The position numbers and the translations under genes are program-made. Under the pieces are notes generated by a model. It worked only from the letters and a program-made list of their open reading frames with translations. It had not been told where the DNA came from and searched no databases. A stretch of 64,000 nt of DNA, from contig NC_092670.1 in assembly GCF_964355755.1 (NCBI RefSeq), forward strand, positions 15,424,795 to 15,488,794. The letters run 5' to 3'. The DNA is from Antedon mediterranea. Taxonomy: Eukaryota > Animalia > Echinodermata. Of this stretch, positions 53,401 through 64,000 are shown piece by piece (positions within the stretch are counted from its first letter, which is position 1; every line of letters starts with the position of its first letter).

Positions 53401-56400
53401 TTTTTTTAACAGTAGCTTCTTTTGATTGTCTAACTGGACTAGGCATAGAAAAGGTATCGCCAAGACTAATGTCAAAAACACTGCCTGTATTTTTTATATC
53501 TTTCATAGGAATCCTAGTTGGTTTAGTCTTTTTTATCCTTTTCACACCAGTCTTTTGTGACATTTGACCTTTGACAGAAATTTTTCCTTCACTCTCAGTA
53601 CTAGAAGCACCAGAAGATACCTTCCTTTCTTTTCTATTTTCTGAAGAGTCTTTCTCGGTTACCTCTTGTTTAGCGATTTCTACGTCACTTTCCTTCTTTG
53701 TATCCGATTCTTTATTAGTAACATTGCACTCATGGGATTCAAGTTTCTCTTTTAATAACTGCTTCTTCGCTAATTGTTGCATTGCACCAAGGATTATTGT
53801 TGAATTCAATGCTACAGTGAATTCCATATCTTCATTGATGTCCTCTGCTAAACCTCCACCAAACATTCCACTTTGTAACTGATCATTTGTAAGAATATCT
53901 GTATCAGTAATATTCCTTTCCATTCCATTATTGGTCATGGTCTTCTCTGGTTGAACTTTCACAGTACCTTGCAAATCAATGGTTTCTTCTTTTGTTTCAG
54001 GCTTATTAATAGTAATTTTCTTCTCCGTTTCTTTGGTTGTAGAATCCGTAACAGAACTATTGTCACAAGAGTTGTTTTGGTTTTCACTTATTTTAGGTGA
54101 ATGAGCAATTTTAGATATTGTTCTAAAAGGATTTTCTTCCAATTCTGATAGTGAACATTTCTTTGAATCTCTCTTTTTTATCTTTGATATTGTAAAACCT
54201 TTTGTTGTCAAAGGTAAAAATGTTGCAAAGCTGTTAGCTTTGTTAATGGTTTTATTTCTACTTCCAACAACGCTTTCTTCATCAGGGTCTGGTGAGTTTC
54301 TCTTTCTCTGAGAATTTTCTTCCAAAGTTGGAGTGCTTTCAGTAAAGCTGGTGGAAAAGTTTAGTTTGGTTTTGGTTTTCAGCATGTCTTTTTCATCTTT
54401 TGTACTTTCTGTTTCCTTCCCTTTTTGACTTTTTTCTCTATTTTTCTCAACTAGAATTTCAGTTTTAGCTTTCTCTTCTGTTGAAAGAAGATACAATACA
54501 TGTATGGTCATTAAACTACTGTATTTATAATTGATCTGAAATGTTATTTATATTTGACAATTTGTAATTGTTTTTGTTATTTATCTGTTTTTTTGTATCT
54601 CAGAGCAAACATAATTTCTATGTATTTATTTATTTATTTTATTCATTTCGGCAATAAACATAAAATAATAATTACAAAAAAAACAGAGAAATATATATAT
54701 GAAATACAAGACACGAGGCCGAGGAAAGACAAAAGCATTAAACAAAACGCTGTCACCGGTAAGGTGTGTCTCTCCATATGCAAATGACAATAAATGTAAA
54801 GTGATTTTCCACTGATGAATGACTGATGAATGAAATGTCTTATATTATAATAACTGTTAAAGTGGAAAAAAAAATCAAAAGTTTTCTCTCAAGGAAGAAT
54901 ACCTTTTTCTATTGTGTCATTCAAGAAGCTTGGTAGTGAGATCCTGATGTTTTGATCAAAGGTTTCTTCGGCATTTACAACATTTTTTTCAGACACATCA
55001 GAACAATTGGTTGCATTTGTAACATCAGTTTGAAGGCCTCTGTTTGGTTTCTGATAGTATATACTAGGTCCACCACTGTAAGTAAGAAATAATATACCAA
55101 TGTCGTTCACAATTGAAAAATAAAATATTCAGTAATTCCGACACCTTTGGGCTGGTGCAACATGCTTGGTTTTTTTATTATTTACAAATTAGAAAGGAAT
55201 TTGTGAAAAGTCTGGGCAAAGTTTTGTTTAAGGAAGAGAACTTCCAAAATCATGGGAGTCTAGTTTTGTAAAAATTGACTGGAAAATGGAGGGAACTTAC
55301 ATACATATTCTTAACTTATGTCAGCCCAAACAAATTTGAGAAATACGGACATCTGAACCTAAAAACTGCGCTATGTACCTACTTAAATTCTTACAGTACA
55401 GATCTTTAAAATTATAAAGATCAGGCCAGGCAGGTATTTTTTGGCGACTTATGCTAGGTCGGTGTGATCAAAAGTAAGGAATTTAAACTATGACCACTAC
55501 CTTATTCTGTTTTCATCTACATCGTCCTCATTTGACATAGTAGAGATTCTTGCATCAGAGCTTCGTCCGCTGTATTCTAATGGTGGCAAACAATTATCTA
55601 AAGTAATGCTTATTATGCTGGATGCTCCTAACAGGTTTGTTGTCACACTGCGTAATGACTTACGAATATCTGTAAACCGTTGCTATTGTAATAATAAACA
55701 AGAATAATGTACAATTATCTCACATTTCAATGAAGAAAAACAAGAGGTTATGGAAATGCTGAATGAGATTAAATTTGTATACTTTTGATTACACATCATA
55801 CTATGAACAAATTTGTCAAGATTTTCTCAACTTTATACCTTATACATTAAAAATTATAAATATTTCGTTTTTGTGTAAATGAACATTATTTTTATGTTGA
55901 AGACACTCTCCTGAAACAAGCTTTTGAGCTTCAAGGGTCATCCGCCGTCATACTATATTGTAGTTTTTGCAAAAATAGTGAGCTTTCAAGTTGCGATGAC
56001 TGACGACCTAGGAACAAGTTAGGTCATAAATTTATTGTGCACATTTGAGGAAATTGGTTCTTCATTAGATTCCGTGAAATAGTTTTGGTTTCAATGGGTA
56101 GTTCATAGGTTATCAAAAATCAAAGGCTCTGTAATGACTGTGACAGACCTTGTACCTATAGTATTTTTTACCTTATATTCTGAATTGGTACAGATAAGTG
56201 AATGCCTTTCTTCTTTTAATGCCAGTAGAAATTGATGCAATTCAGTTACTTCAGCCTTTGCCTTTGCTAGCGCCCTCGCCAATTCTGTATTGTTGGCTCT
56301 TAGAGTGGCTTTCAAAAATGACGTACTAGATTCTTGAATAAATAAAAAATATATCAAATTGTTGATTTCAGTTATAATAATAATAGTTTTATATTTAAAA

Positions 56401-56912
56401 ATTAAGTTTATACAGTATTTCATTTTATTTACTTTTTAAAGAGTGATAATAATACAAGCTGACATGCAATGCAACTTATATTACAGTATAATAAAACATA
56501 ATCTTATAAAAAAGTGTTTTTTTAAATTTTAGCTTAAACTGTAAACATAGGTCTATGTCATAAGAATAACATTTAATAATAATATATAATGAATATAATT
56601 TAAATAAAGGTTTTAAGTCAAAGGTTGATAAATTGAACTATTTTTTGCATCAGGGAATAAAAATAAATTAATTTATGTGTTCTGCTTAGTAATAGTAGTT
56701 CAACTAATTCAATTGTATTTTTAAATTCTGTACACATTTTTGTGAAAAAAGGTGGCCACAGAATTAATGATAAAAAACCTACTATTGTGCCACTTTGTCT
56801 TTGATAAGTTAAGTGGATTGTTTCTTTTTTTCCTCTTTTCCTTCATTCTTTTTTTAATTTCTTGAACTGTTTTTTTCTCCAGTAAATTCTGGAGTAACTC
56901 TCTGGAAGCCAT
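47433..56912 (-). CDS. SGO1: Shugoshin (centromeric cohesin protector / PP2A-B56 adaptor), unusually long (~1900-2000 aa)
   Basis: N-terminal IKKRMKEKR and coiled coil STSFLKATLRANNTELARAL (human SGO1: IKKRMKEKR...TSTLLKNYQDNNKMLVLAL). C-terminal SGO motif RRAGVVSYKEPSLNSKLRR is spliced across 47820/47580. Frame-consistent exons (minus): 56912-56783, 56332-56172, 55682-55501, 55075-54903, 54477-50755, ~50289-50194, ~49941-49780, 49634-49494, 49381-49187, ~49004-48855, 48398-48115, 47926-47820, 47580-~47433. The end of the last exon is uncertain (possible donor after 47490). Confidence 0.93.
48551..48750. mobile_element. 200-bp MITE with CAGGCCTT...AAGGCCTG termini
   Basis: Inverted termini CAGGCCTTCTCTTTT / AAAAGACAAGGCCTG, flanked by TATATT on both sides. 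Confidence 0.55.
49968..50106. other. Near-perfect 63-bp-arm palindrome/hairpin in a Shugoshin intron
   Basis: Arms 49968-50030 and 50043-50106 are reverse complements (one mismatch, one homopolymer indel) around a 12-nt loop CATGGGACAAGC. Confidence 0.9.
51470..52865 (-). repeat. Coding tandem repeat in Shugoshin: 132 bp / 44 aa, about 10 copies
   Basis: Unit [RK]RGTFNKEDEKDEGTSSAVTEDKNHSDVELNPISECPVKKTKKS. Identical DNA at 51541 and 52201 (660 = 5x132). Confidence 0.95.
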
Positions 56913-57499
56913 TTTACACAGCCTGAAAGTAAAATTGATATTTATTCAGATGCATAAATTACATCAACTTATAGAATATACTACTACTACTAGCCTATAC
57001 ATGCACGATTTAAAATTTGGGGTCTAACTAGGCCTAGGCCTCCTAGGGCCTAGACCTACTTTTTCTGATTTCTCGTCTCTCTCGGACTCATTATTTATAG
57101 CTAGCCTAGCTAGGAGCTAAAGTAAATAAAATTGTCATTGTTGTTTGTATCATTTTCTTTTTGTTTAAATAGCCTACAATATGTTTAAACGTGCTAGGCT
57201 TACTACGACTAGGCATATAGGCTAGTTAAAATCTCGAGGCTAGGGCTAGGCCTATTCCTATTCTACTATGCATACAGGACTTTCGTATCCCGCATAGGCG
57301 GCGTCGGCTGTATAATGGCTAGGCTAGGCCTAGTAGGCCAGCTAGGGAAGGGGAACGAGGGATGCTTGCCTACTCTATGTATGGCCTAGGCCTAGGCCTA
57401 GCTATTGTTAGGTTAGGCCTAATTTATTATTAGTGTAAATGTCTAGAACCAAGAATGGTTTAAAGTCTGCTTATTAGGCTATGTGTGTTACAATACACA

Positions 57500-57700
57500 C
57501 ATCAAGTTTACCAAAAAGAAATCGTCGATTTTCACGCATCCACCACACACACCCGATTCAACAACAAGAAATTTAAATTTCAGTCGGTGGCCATTCGAAA
57601 GCTGATTGGTTAAAATCGTGACCTTTAACAAAATAACTCCTTAAGCCATCATGTATTGTATTTTCACGAGCTAGGTAGTAAAAAGGCATGACAACCGTCA
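57500..57700. promoter_or_regulatory. Probable bidirectional promoter between Shugoshin (-) and the downstream (+) gene
   Basis: Head-to-head start codons ~1 kb apart (56912 and 57943). CCAAT box AACCAATCAG on the minus strand (57602-57611), CHR-like TTTAAA at ~57572, and a candidate 5'-UTR donor for Shugoshin at ~57510. Confidence 0.45.
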
Positions 57701-57942
57701 ACATCTATTCATTGATCTTTATATGACACTCATCAGACCACGAATTGTGTTGTTAAGATGGGCACTTACATTATTGGTGAACACATGTGTGGTTTGACAA
57801 CTTTCCTCACAATTATTAGAACATGATGACAATGGTACCTAAAGCCTGGAGACTGCATCGATGCTGTTGTTTGTATGATAGAGAGAGAGAGTTGCTTGGC
57901 TTAAGTGAATTCTAAGTTTGTACTCTGAACCCAAACTTAGAT

Positions 57943-60900
57943 ATGGTCAACATGGATTCATCTACTACAAAAGTGTCAAAAAGTGTTGCACGAAAAATGT
58001 GAGTACAATGTTCTATTTAATATTATTAATATTAAAAATATTGTGTAGTGTAAAAAAAAGTTCTATCCTAGGCATATTCTAATTTGTCTACTCTTAATTT
58101 ATTTACACTATTTCCAAAAATATATTTGTATAGGCCTAATATATAAGTAAACCAAAAAATTATCAAATTTAAACTGTTCTTTTTTTTTCAGAAATCATTA
58201 CCTGAACAAAGAAAGAGTTGAGAGTGAATATGATCCATCAGGAAAAGGAATACACACAACGAACCCTTTGATGGTAACTAATGTTTATTGTTATTCTATT
58301 ACATTTCTGATGTTATTTTGTGCTTTTATATTTCATATTTCAAGTTAAAAATGTTATATTCTTTGATGTAAATAATTGAATTAATTCAGCTTCTGCTGTG
58401 ACTGCAATATTTTTTACTAAAACCTTGTTGATGAATATTTTTTTCAATAGATTATAGTTGATATAAAGTTTGCAGTACACCATATTAGTTCTGGAAAGAC
58501 TCACTGTTTAGTTTCTTGACGTTTTGATCAATATGCTATGAGTGAGAATATATTATATAATGAAAGATTATATAATGTTATATATATTACTTTATGTATT
58601 TTTATGTGTTGAGAATATTTATTGAATATTAAATAAACAAATGAATGAATGAATGTATTTTATCACCTTATAAATCTTTTCAATTTTGTTGATTGTTTCC
58701 TTTTTTTTCAGGCTAATTATGAGTTGGCGTACCTTGTAACCACAGAAGATGAGAAGACAAAGTCCCTGCTAGGCTCTGATGACAAGGATCAATGTTCAGA
58801 GGGTGAAATGCTGGTTCTACCCTGCTTAGTTCCGTCAGCTCAGTGTAAAAGACATGTCCGGAGGTCAGATGCAAAAAGGGTCACCAGTGCTGCCCATCAA
58901 GTCATTGTAAGTATATGGGGGATTTTTCAATTTTCAACAATCTAGGGCCTAGGATTGTCATATTTCATAGTACGGGCAATTGTCACACATAAACTATCTA
59001 TTTGAAAACCTGAAAAACTCTCTAAAAAATATTAACACACTGCGCCAATCCAAAATTTTGTAGTTTTATCCATTTTTTAACTTTTTAAAAACTAAAAATA
59101 AAAAGGACAGTGTTTGACCAGTCCAGGAAGCAGTTTACTGGAAAGTGTTTTTTTATTTGGAAACTGGAAAGTGTTGGCCAGTCCAAGACTGTTTGTCTTT
59201 ATATAATTTAAATTGGCCTTTAATGCCATTGTATTTTTATTTAATACTTGGCTATTCCATGCATGGTAAGTTATATGCATAAACTGTTATTGTACAGCCA
59301 ATGTAACAATAAAAAAGTCATTAAAATGAAGATGATATTATAATTACCAACAGAATTACCATGCCAGATGAAAGTGTATATTATGTTACCAAGGCAATGC
59401 ATTATTGACTGCTGTAAGCCAATTTAGCGCTTCTTTTCTACATCATTAGCGAAATTGAAGGAGTTGAAACCGAGCAAAAATACTTCGTAGACAATAAGAA
59501 TGCATTTCATACATGTAGATAATTAATACAATAAAAAAGATTATAAAAGAAATAAATCAATAGTACTAACATAGACAACAAAATACATTGCCTTGTTGTA
59601 AATAATAAATTGTGAAAAATAGAATATGTACTGTATGAGTAATTGTCTGTAAGATTAATATCAAAATATCTATATATTGATTTCAGTTAATATACATCTT
59701 TATGGGCTGCTGAATACATTTATTGTTTTGACACAGAAACTCTACTAAAAATAAATTATGATATACTGTATTCATGAATTCATAAAAGTTGGCATGGGGA
59801 TACATTTATGGTTTCTGGAGCGCTTATTATTTTATAAAAGTGTGTTTTTTAGGGAAAGTTTATTCATTGGAGGCATTAATTAGAAAGGCTTAATTTTGTT
59901 GTTGTATAAAATGGTAATATATTAGGCCTAAATGACTATATTTGGCCATATTTGTGAATCTAGTAAAATGTATGAAAGTACTGTTTGTTTTTGTTATTAT
60001 ATTTTGTATTTAGTAGAAAATTCTCTACATACTTATTGGAGAACACCGTTGAGGTGAACAAATTATTATTAGGCGTGTTGTTGTTAACCACCATTTACTT
60101 TTTTTACCATATTGTTTTAATTGTAGAGCACAATACCAGTTAAAGAAATAGACATGATTCGAAGATATCGCCCCTCCTGTAGAACGGCCGACACCCTAGA
60201 AATGGTAAGTTTGCTATTAGGGGGCGGGTACAGCTAAAATGAGATTTATTTTCTATTTTATATCTATTGACAGACTGTTAATATATTTTACTGTTAGCTC
60301 TTCTATCATATCATAATCAATTGTTTATTTATGATGAATTATTATGCGTTGACCGATGTACAGACTGGTTGATTTACCATTACTTATGATTAGGTCAAAT
60401 GACTTTGGCCCTGTTTCTGCTGCCAACTAAATACCGTATATTATACGGTATTTTTTGAATACCGTATATATACGGTATATTTTTGGCAGCAGAAACTGCG
60501 CTCATAAAAAATATACCGTATTTTGTATACCGTATTTTCCCCACAAAATTTATGGATAAAATACGGTATTTACAAATTTATACCGTATTTTTTGTACCCG
60601 TTTCTGCTGCCAATAAAAAATACCGTATTTTTTTTTTACATGACAAAAGGTCACCATTCGTGTTTTTATTTTCTGTCGCTGTTAGCTGCTTTACACACAT
60701 GTATAGATATATTCGGCGAAAATGTGGAGCGAATACGTCACAGTTTTACTAAATAAATGTGTGTGGGGAAGCTAAAATTTCTGACCAACTAAAAGGTAAT
60801 AAAAGGGACAACCACATTTATAAAGACATTTCTAAAAAAATAAAGCAGGAGTATGGAATAAACTTGTCTCCAAAGCAAGTAAACTCAAAGCTGAAGAGCC

Positions 60901-63359
60901 TGCGAAAGCAGTACAACATTGCAAAATACAATAACTCGGGGAGGGAACGAATTAATTGTCCCCATTACGATGTTTTCTGTGCTCTCAACATCTCTATCAC
61001 TAGGGCTAGGCTGTTGAAAGTGAGACGTAAAACTTCCTTTATTGCGACTTTTAATTATCGATCAAATAAATGAATGGCAATTTGGGTAAAAAAGATGAAA
61101 TTTAACACGACCACCCAAGAAGTATTGTTAGCAGAAACGGGGTACTAAAAAATACGGTATAAAAAATACCGTATTTTATACCGTATTTTTATACCGTATT
61201 TTGAGCAGTTGCAGCAGAAACAGGCCCATAGAAAATTAAGTATTTTGCTTTGTTTTTTGTAGGGAAAGGTGAGCCAGATGTCAAGAAGTGTGCATGCAAT
61301 GTTAAATACTAAGCAGGCAGTAGACTTTGCAGTTAAACGTGGTAATTACAAGCTACTGCTTTTTTTTATTACAAACACATTAAACATTTTAATAAATAAA
61401 CAAACAAAAGAAACTTAATGATAATACTGTTTCAATAAATTGCAGATAAAAAAATATCGTAAAATATATACTGTAAATAATATTTTGCATCTTGGACATT
61501 TTTTTTATATCTAAATATAATCTTTATATGAAACGTAAATATGATATTTATAAGGGACAGTGTCAAAACTATCCTACTGCAGGTACTGCAGTAATTATTT
61601 ACTCTTAAACCATGTTTATGCAATTGTTTAGCAAGTCTTTTTTGGCTAATCACATGCACTGTTTATTGTAGTGAATGCTATAAACTTCTACATTGAAATA
61701 AAGTATAAATCAAATGTAGTTACTTCAGTAACTGCAGTAAAATAATTTTGACACAATCTCTAATACTGTATTAAATTCCAGATAAGAAAACAAAAAAATT
61801 AAGAGCCAAATCAGCCTACCAACCTCGAAGGTTATTTCATGAAACCTCAGATGGCAAACTTAGTGGTAGAAGTGATCAACGTAAACGAACAATTTCATCA
61901 GCAAAGCCAAAGAAACTCAAACAAAAATATACAGAATTACCATTTGGTCCAGGAAACAGTTCACACATTGCATCATGGCTTAGGTACAGTATAGCACTGA
62001 TAGTTAAACCTTTATAATTATTATATTATTATATCTCCACAAACGGAATAATTTTCAGGACATTTCTGGTATTTTTTGCTTAATAAACAATATAATGAAT
62101 TGGAAAAATACAGTACCACAGATTCCAATATTTCACATTCAAAAAATGAGTGACTTTTTCTACAAATTGACTCTGAATTTGGTTTTAAAACCTTGTATGT
62201 ACCATTCAAAAGCGTTATGAGTTTCTAAGACATACATGTTCACAATTTATTAAAATGGTCAGATACTGAATAAAGTTTAAAACTATAGTGGGCAGATCAT
62301 ATTTGATCTATAATATCATTTATTCCATTGTTTATTATACATTTTAGTGAGCAGAAAGAAAAAGAAAAAAAGGCAATAAAGAAAAAAGAAAAACAAAGAA
62401 AAAGAGCAGAGAAGGAAGCTATGCTTGAAAAAGAAAGAAGGGACAAAGAAGAAATTGTTACAGCAATGGGATCATTACAGACTGATGATGACAATGATAG
62501 CGGTGTAAAGGAAAATGGTAATATGAATGAAAAAGAATGTCAGAAGAATACAAACATTGATAAATCTATCGAAAGATCTGTCAAAAGAGGAAAAAGAAGA
62601 AAGGAAAACAAAAATGAAGGAAAATCATCAGACGAAATTAAAAGTAAGTGTACTGAAGAGGAAAAAATTTATGAGAAACAGGAAAGAAATGAAAAGCAGC
62701 AAACACCTGATGAAAAGAATGATAGAAATAATAATGATTTAAAGACAATAAACAACTCTGGACAAAATGATATTTCAATCAATGATGACGATGTCAATAG
62801 CACAGCAGAACAAAATATAAAGGTATCAAGACGTTTTTCTGATAAAACTGATAGTGAAAATGATACAAATACCCAAAAGTCGAGCAGCATAGTTGGAACA
62901 AAAAGTAGAGACAGTAAAACAGAAAGGAGTGACAATGAACCAGAAAGGAGAGAAAGTAAAACAAAAAAGAATGACAGTGAATCAGAAAGAAAAGACCGTA
63001 AAACAGAAAGGAGAGACAGTAAAACAGAAAAAAGTGACAATGAACCAGAAAGGAGAGAAAGTAAAACAAAAAGGAGAGACAGTAAAATAGAAAGAAGAGA
63101 CAGTAAAACAGAAAAGAGTGATAGTGAACTAGAAAGGAGAGAAAGTAAAACAAAAAAGAACGACAGTGAACCAGAAAGAAAAGGCCGTAAAACAGAATGG
63201 AGAGACAGTAAAACAAAAAAGAGAGGCAATGAACCAGAAAGGAGAGAAAGTGAACCAGAAAGAATTGACAGAGAACTGGAAAGGAGAGAAAGTAAAACAA
63301 GTGTTAGAACAGTTGAGTATGTGAGAACAGAAAGTCTGGTATCTTTGCCAAGATCATAA
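57943..63359 (+). CDS. Uncharacterised, largely charged/disordered protein with a short coiled coil and 7-aa repeats; 3' end uncertain
   Basis: Frame-consistent GT-AG exons 57943-57998, 58192-58273, 58712-58906, 60127-60204, 61263-61341, 61782-61983 and 62348-~63359. No domain recognised. The last exon has ERRESKT/ERRDSKT/EKSDNEP 21-bp repeats. Confidence 0.6.
60407..61227 (+). mobile_element. Internally deleted PIF/Harbinger element retaining a Myb/SANT-like (trihelix) ORF fragment
   Basis: TIRs GGCCCTGTTTCTGCTGC / GCAGCAGAAACAGGCCC, many sub-terminal AATACCGTA repeats, and ORF 60759-61073 (NHIYKDISKKI...SPKQVNSKLKSLRKQY...SGRERINCPHYD) matching Harbinger Myb-like DNA-binding proteins. Confidence 0.8.
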
Positions 63360-64000
63360 ACTAAGTTCCTTTGGCAAATCTTTTAGCAGACAGCAATTCT
63401 AAACTTTGGTTCTAATTTGTAATACTTTTAGTATCATGTTTAGTTTTTTTCAAAAAGGGTATTTGTTAGATACTTATTTTTTAAAGGTAAGCTGGTAAAG
63501 ACAAGTAGTATTATTTTACTGAAGAAAAAGTAATTCTCAAAATGTCTATCATTACCATGAGGTATTTAAATATAGATAAAATTTTTTTTAAATCTTGTAA
63601 AATATAGACTTTTATAGAATTATGAGAATTAATTTTAAAATGTATTCATCTCACTTTAAAATTATGGTAAAATTTGGTTCAAGTTAAGAAGACTAAATAG
63701 CCGCACTTATTCTTGGTTCTCACTAGAGATACAGTTGACCAATTACAAGTGATAAATTATTTAAACTGTCACTTGTGATTGGTCAGCTCACTTGCGTTGC
63801 ATCTATGTCCTTGTATTGCTTTTACATCCTTGCATTCCATCTCTTGTTATATGCACAGTGTAAATTGTTAACATTGTATCAAAGTTTATTTTGTATCTAA
63901 CTTATGTATATTAAAACATGATTAAATAATGTTGAAGATTTGTGAAAATATTCTATGTGTTTCAATTAAAAATACTATTTTTAGTAATTCTCCAAGAATA

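Noticed and set aside
59100-60055. Possible additional exons of the + strand gene (~59110-59265, ~59353-59392, ~60013-60052)
   Set aside because: Phases or stop codons do not fit; 58906 splices in frame directly to 60127 without them.
62669-63300. Hydrophobic minus-strand ORFs (LLSLL/FLFY repeats)
   Set aside because: Antisense shadows of the purine-rich 21-bp coding repeat.

Overview
AT-rich metazoan genomic DNA with spliceosomal GT-AG introns. The CAMSAP and Shugoshin sequences look like an invertebrate deuterostome (echinoderm-like), but this is inference. Layout: (1) 1-6.9 kb, a compact co-oriented cluster of three small-intron or intronless genes (C-terminal HMG-box protein; double Tudor/chromo-barrel-like protein; RFX-like winged-helix + protein kinase fusion) ending in a ~1.1 kb array of a ~19-20 bp unit, which looks like the cargo-bearing end of a large DNA transposon or endogenous viral element; (2) ~10.3-38.8 kb (+), a complete CAMSAP/Patronin gene with an unusual long N-terminal exon; (3) 41.0-44.8 kb, a two-unit (33/45 bp) satellite with a 1185 bp higher-order duplication; (4) ~47.4-56.9 kb (-), a Shugoshin gene greatly expanded by ~10 tandem 44-aa repeats, each carrying an Aurora/PKA-type [RK]RGT motif, plus duplicated exons; (5) from 57.9 kb (+), a divergently transcribed uncharacterised gene. 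Introns hold many non-autonomous elements (MULE-, Kolobok-, Harbinger-, Helentron-like), LINE 3' fragments, a tRNA-derived SINE and minisatellites. All exon structures were read by hand from GT/AG sites and frame continuity; no database searches were run.
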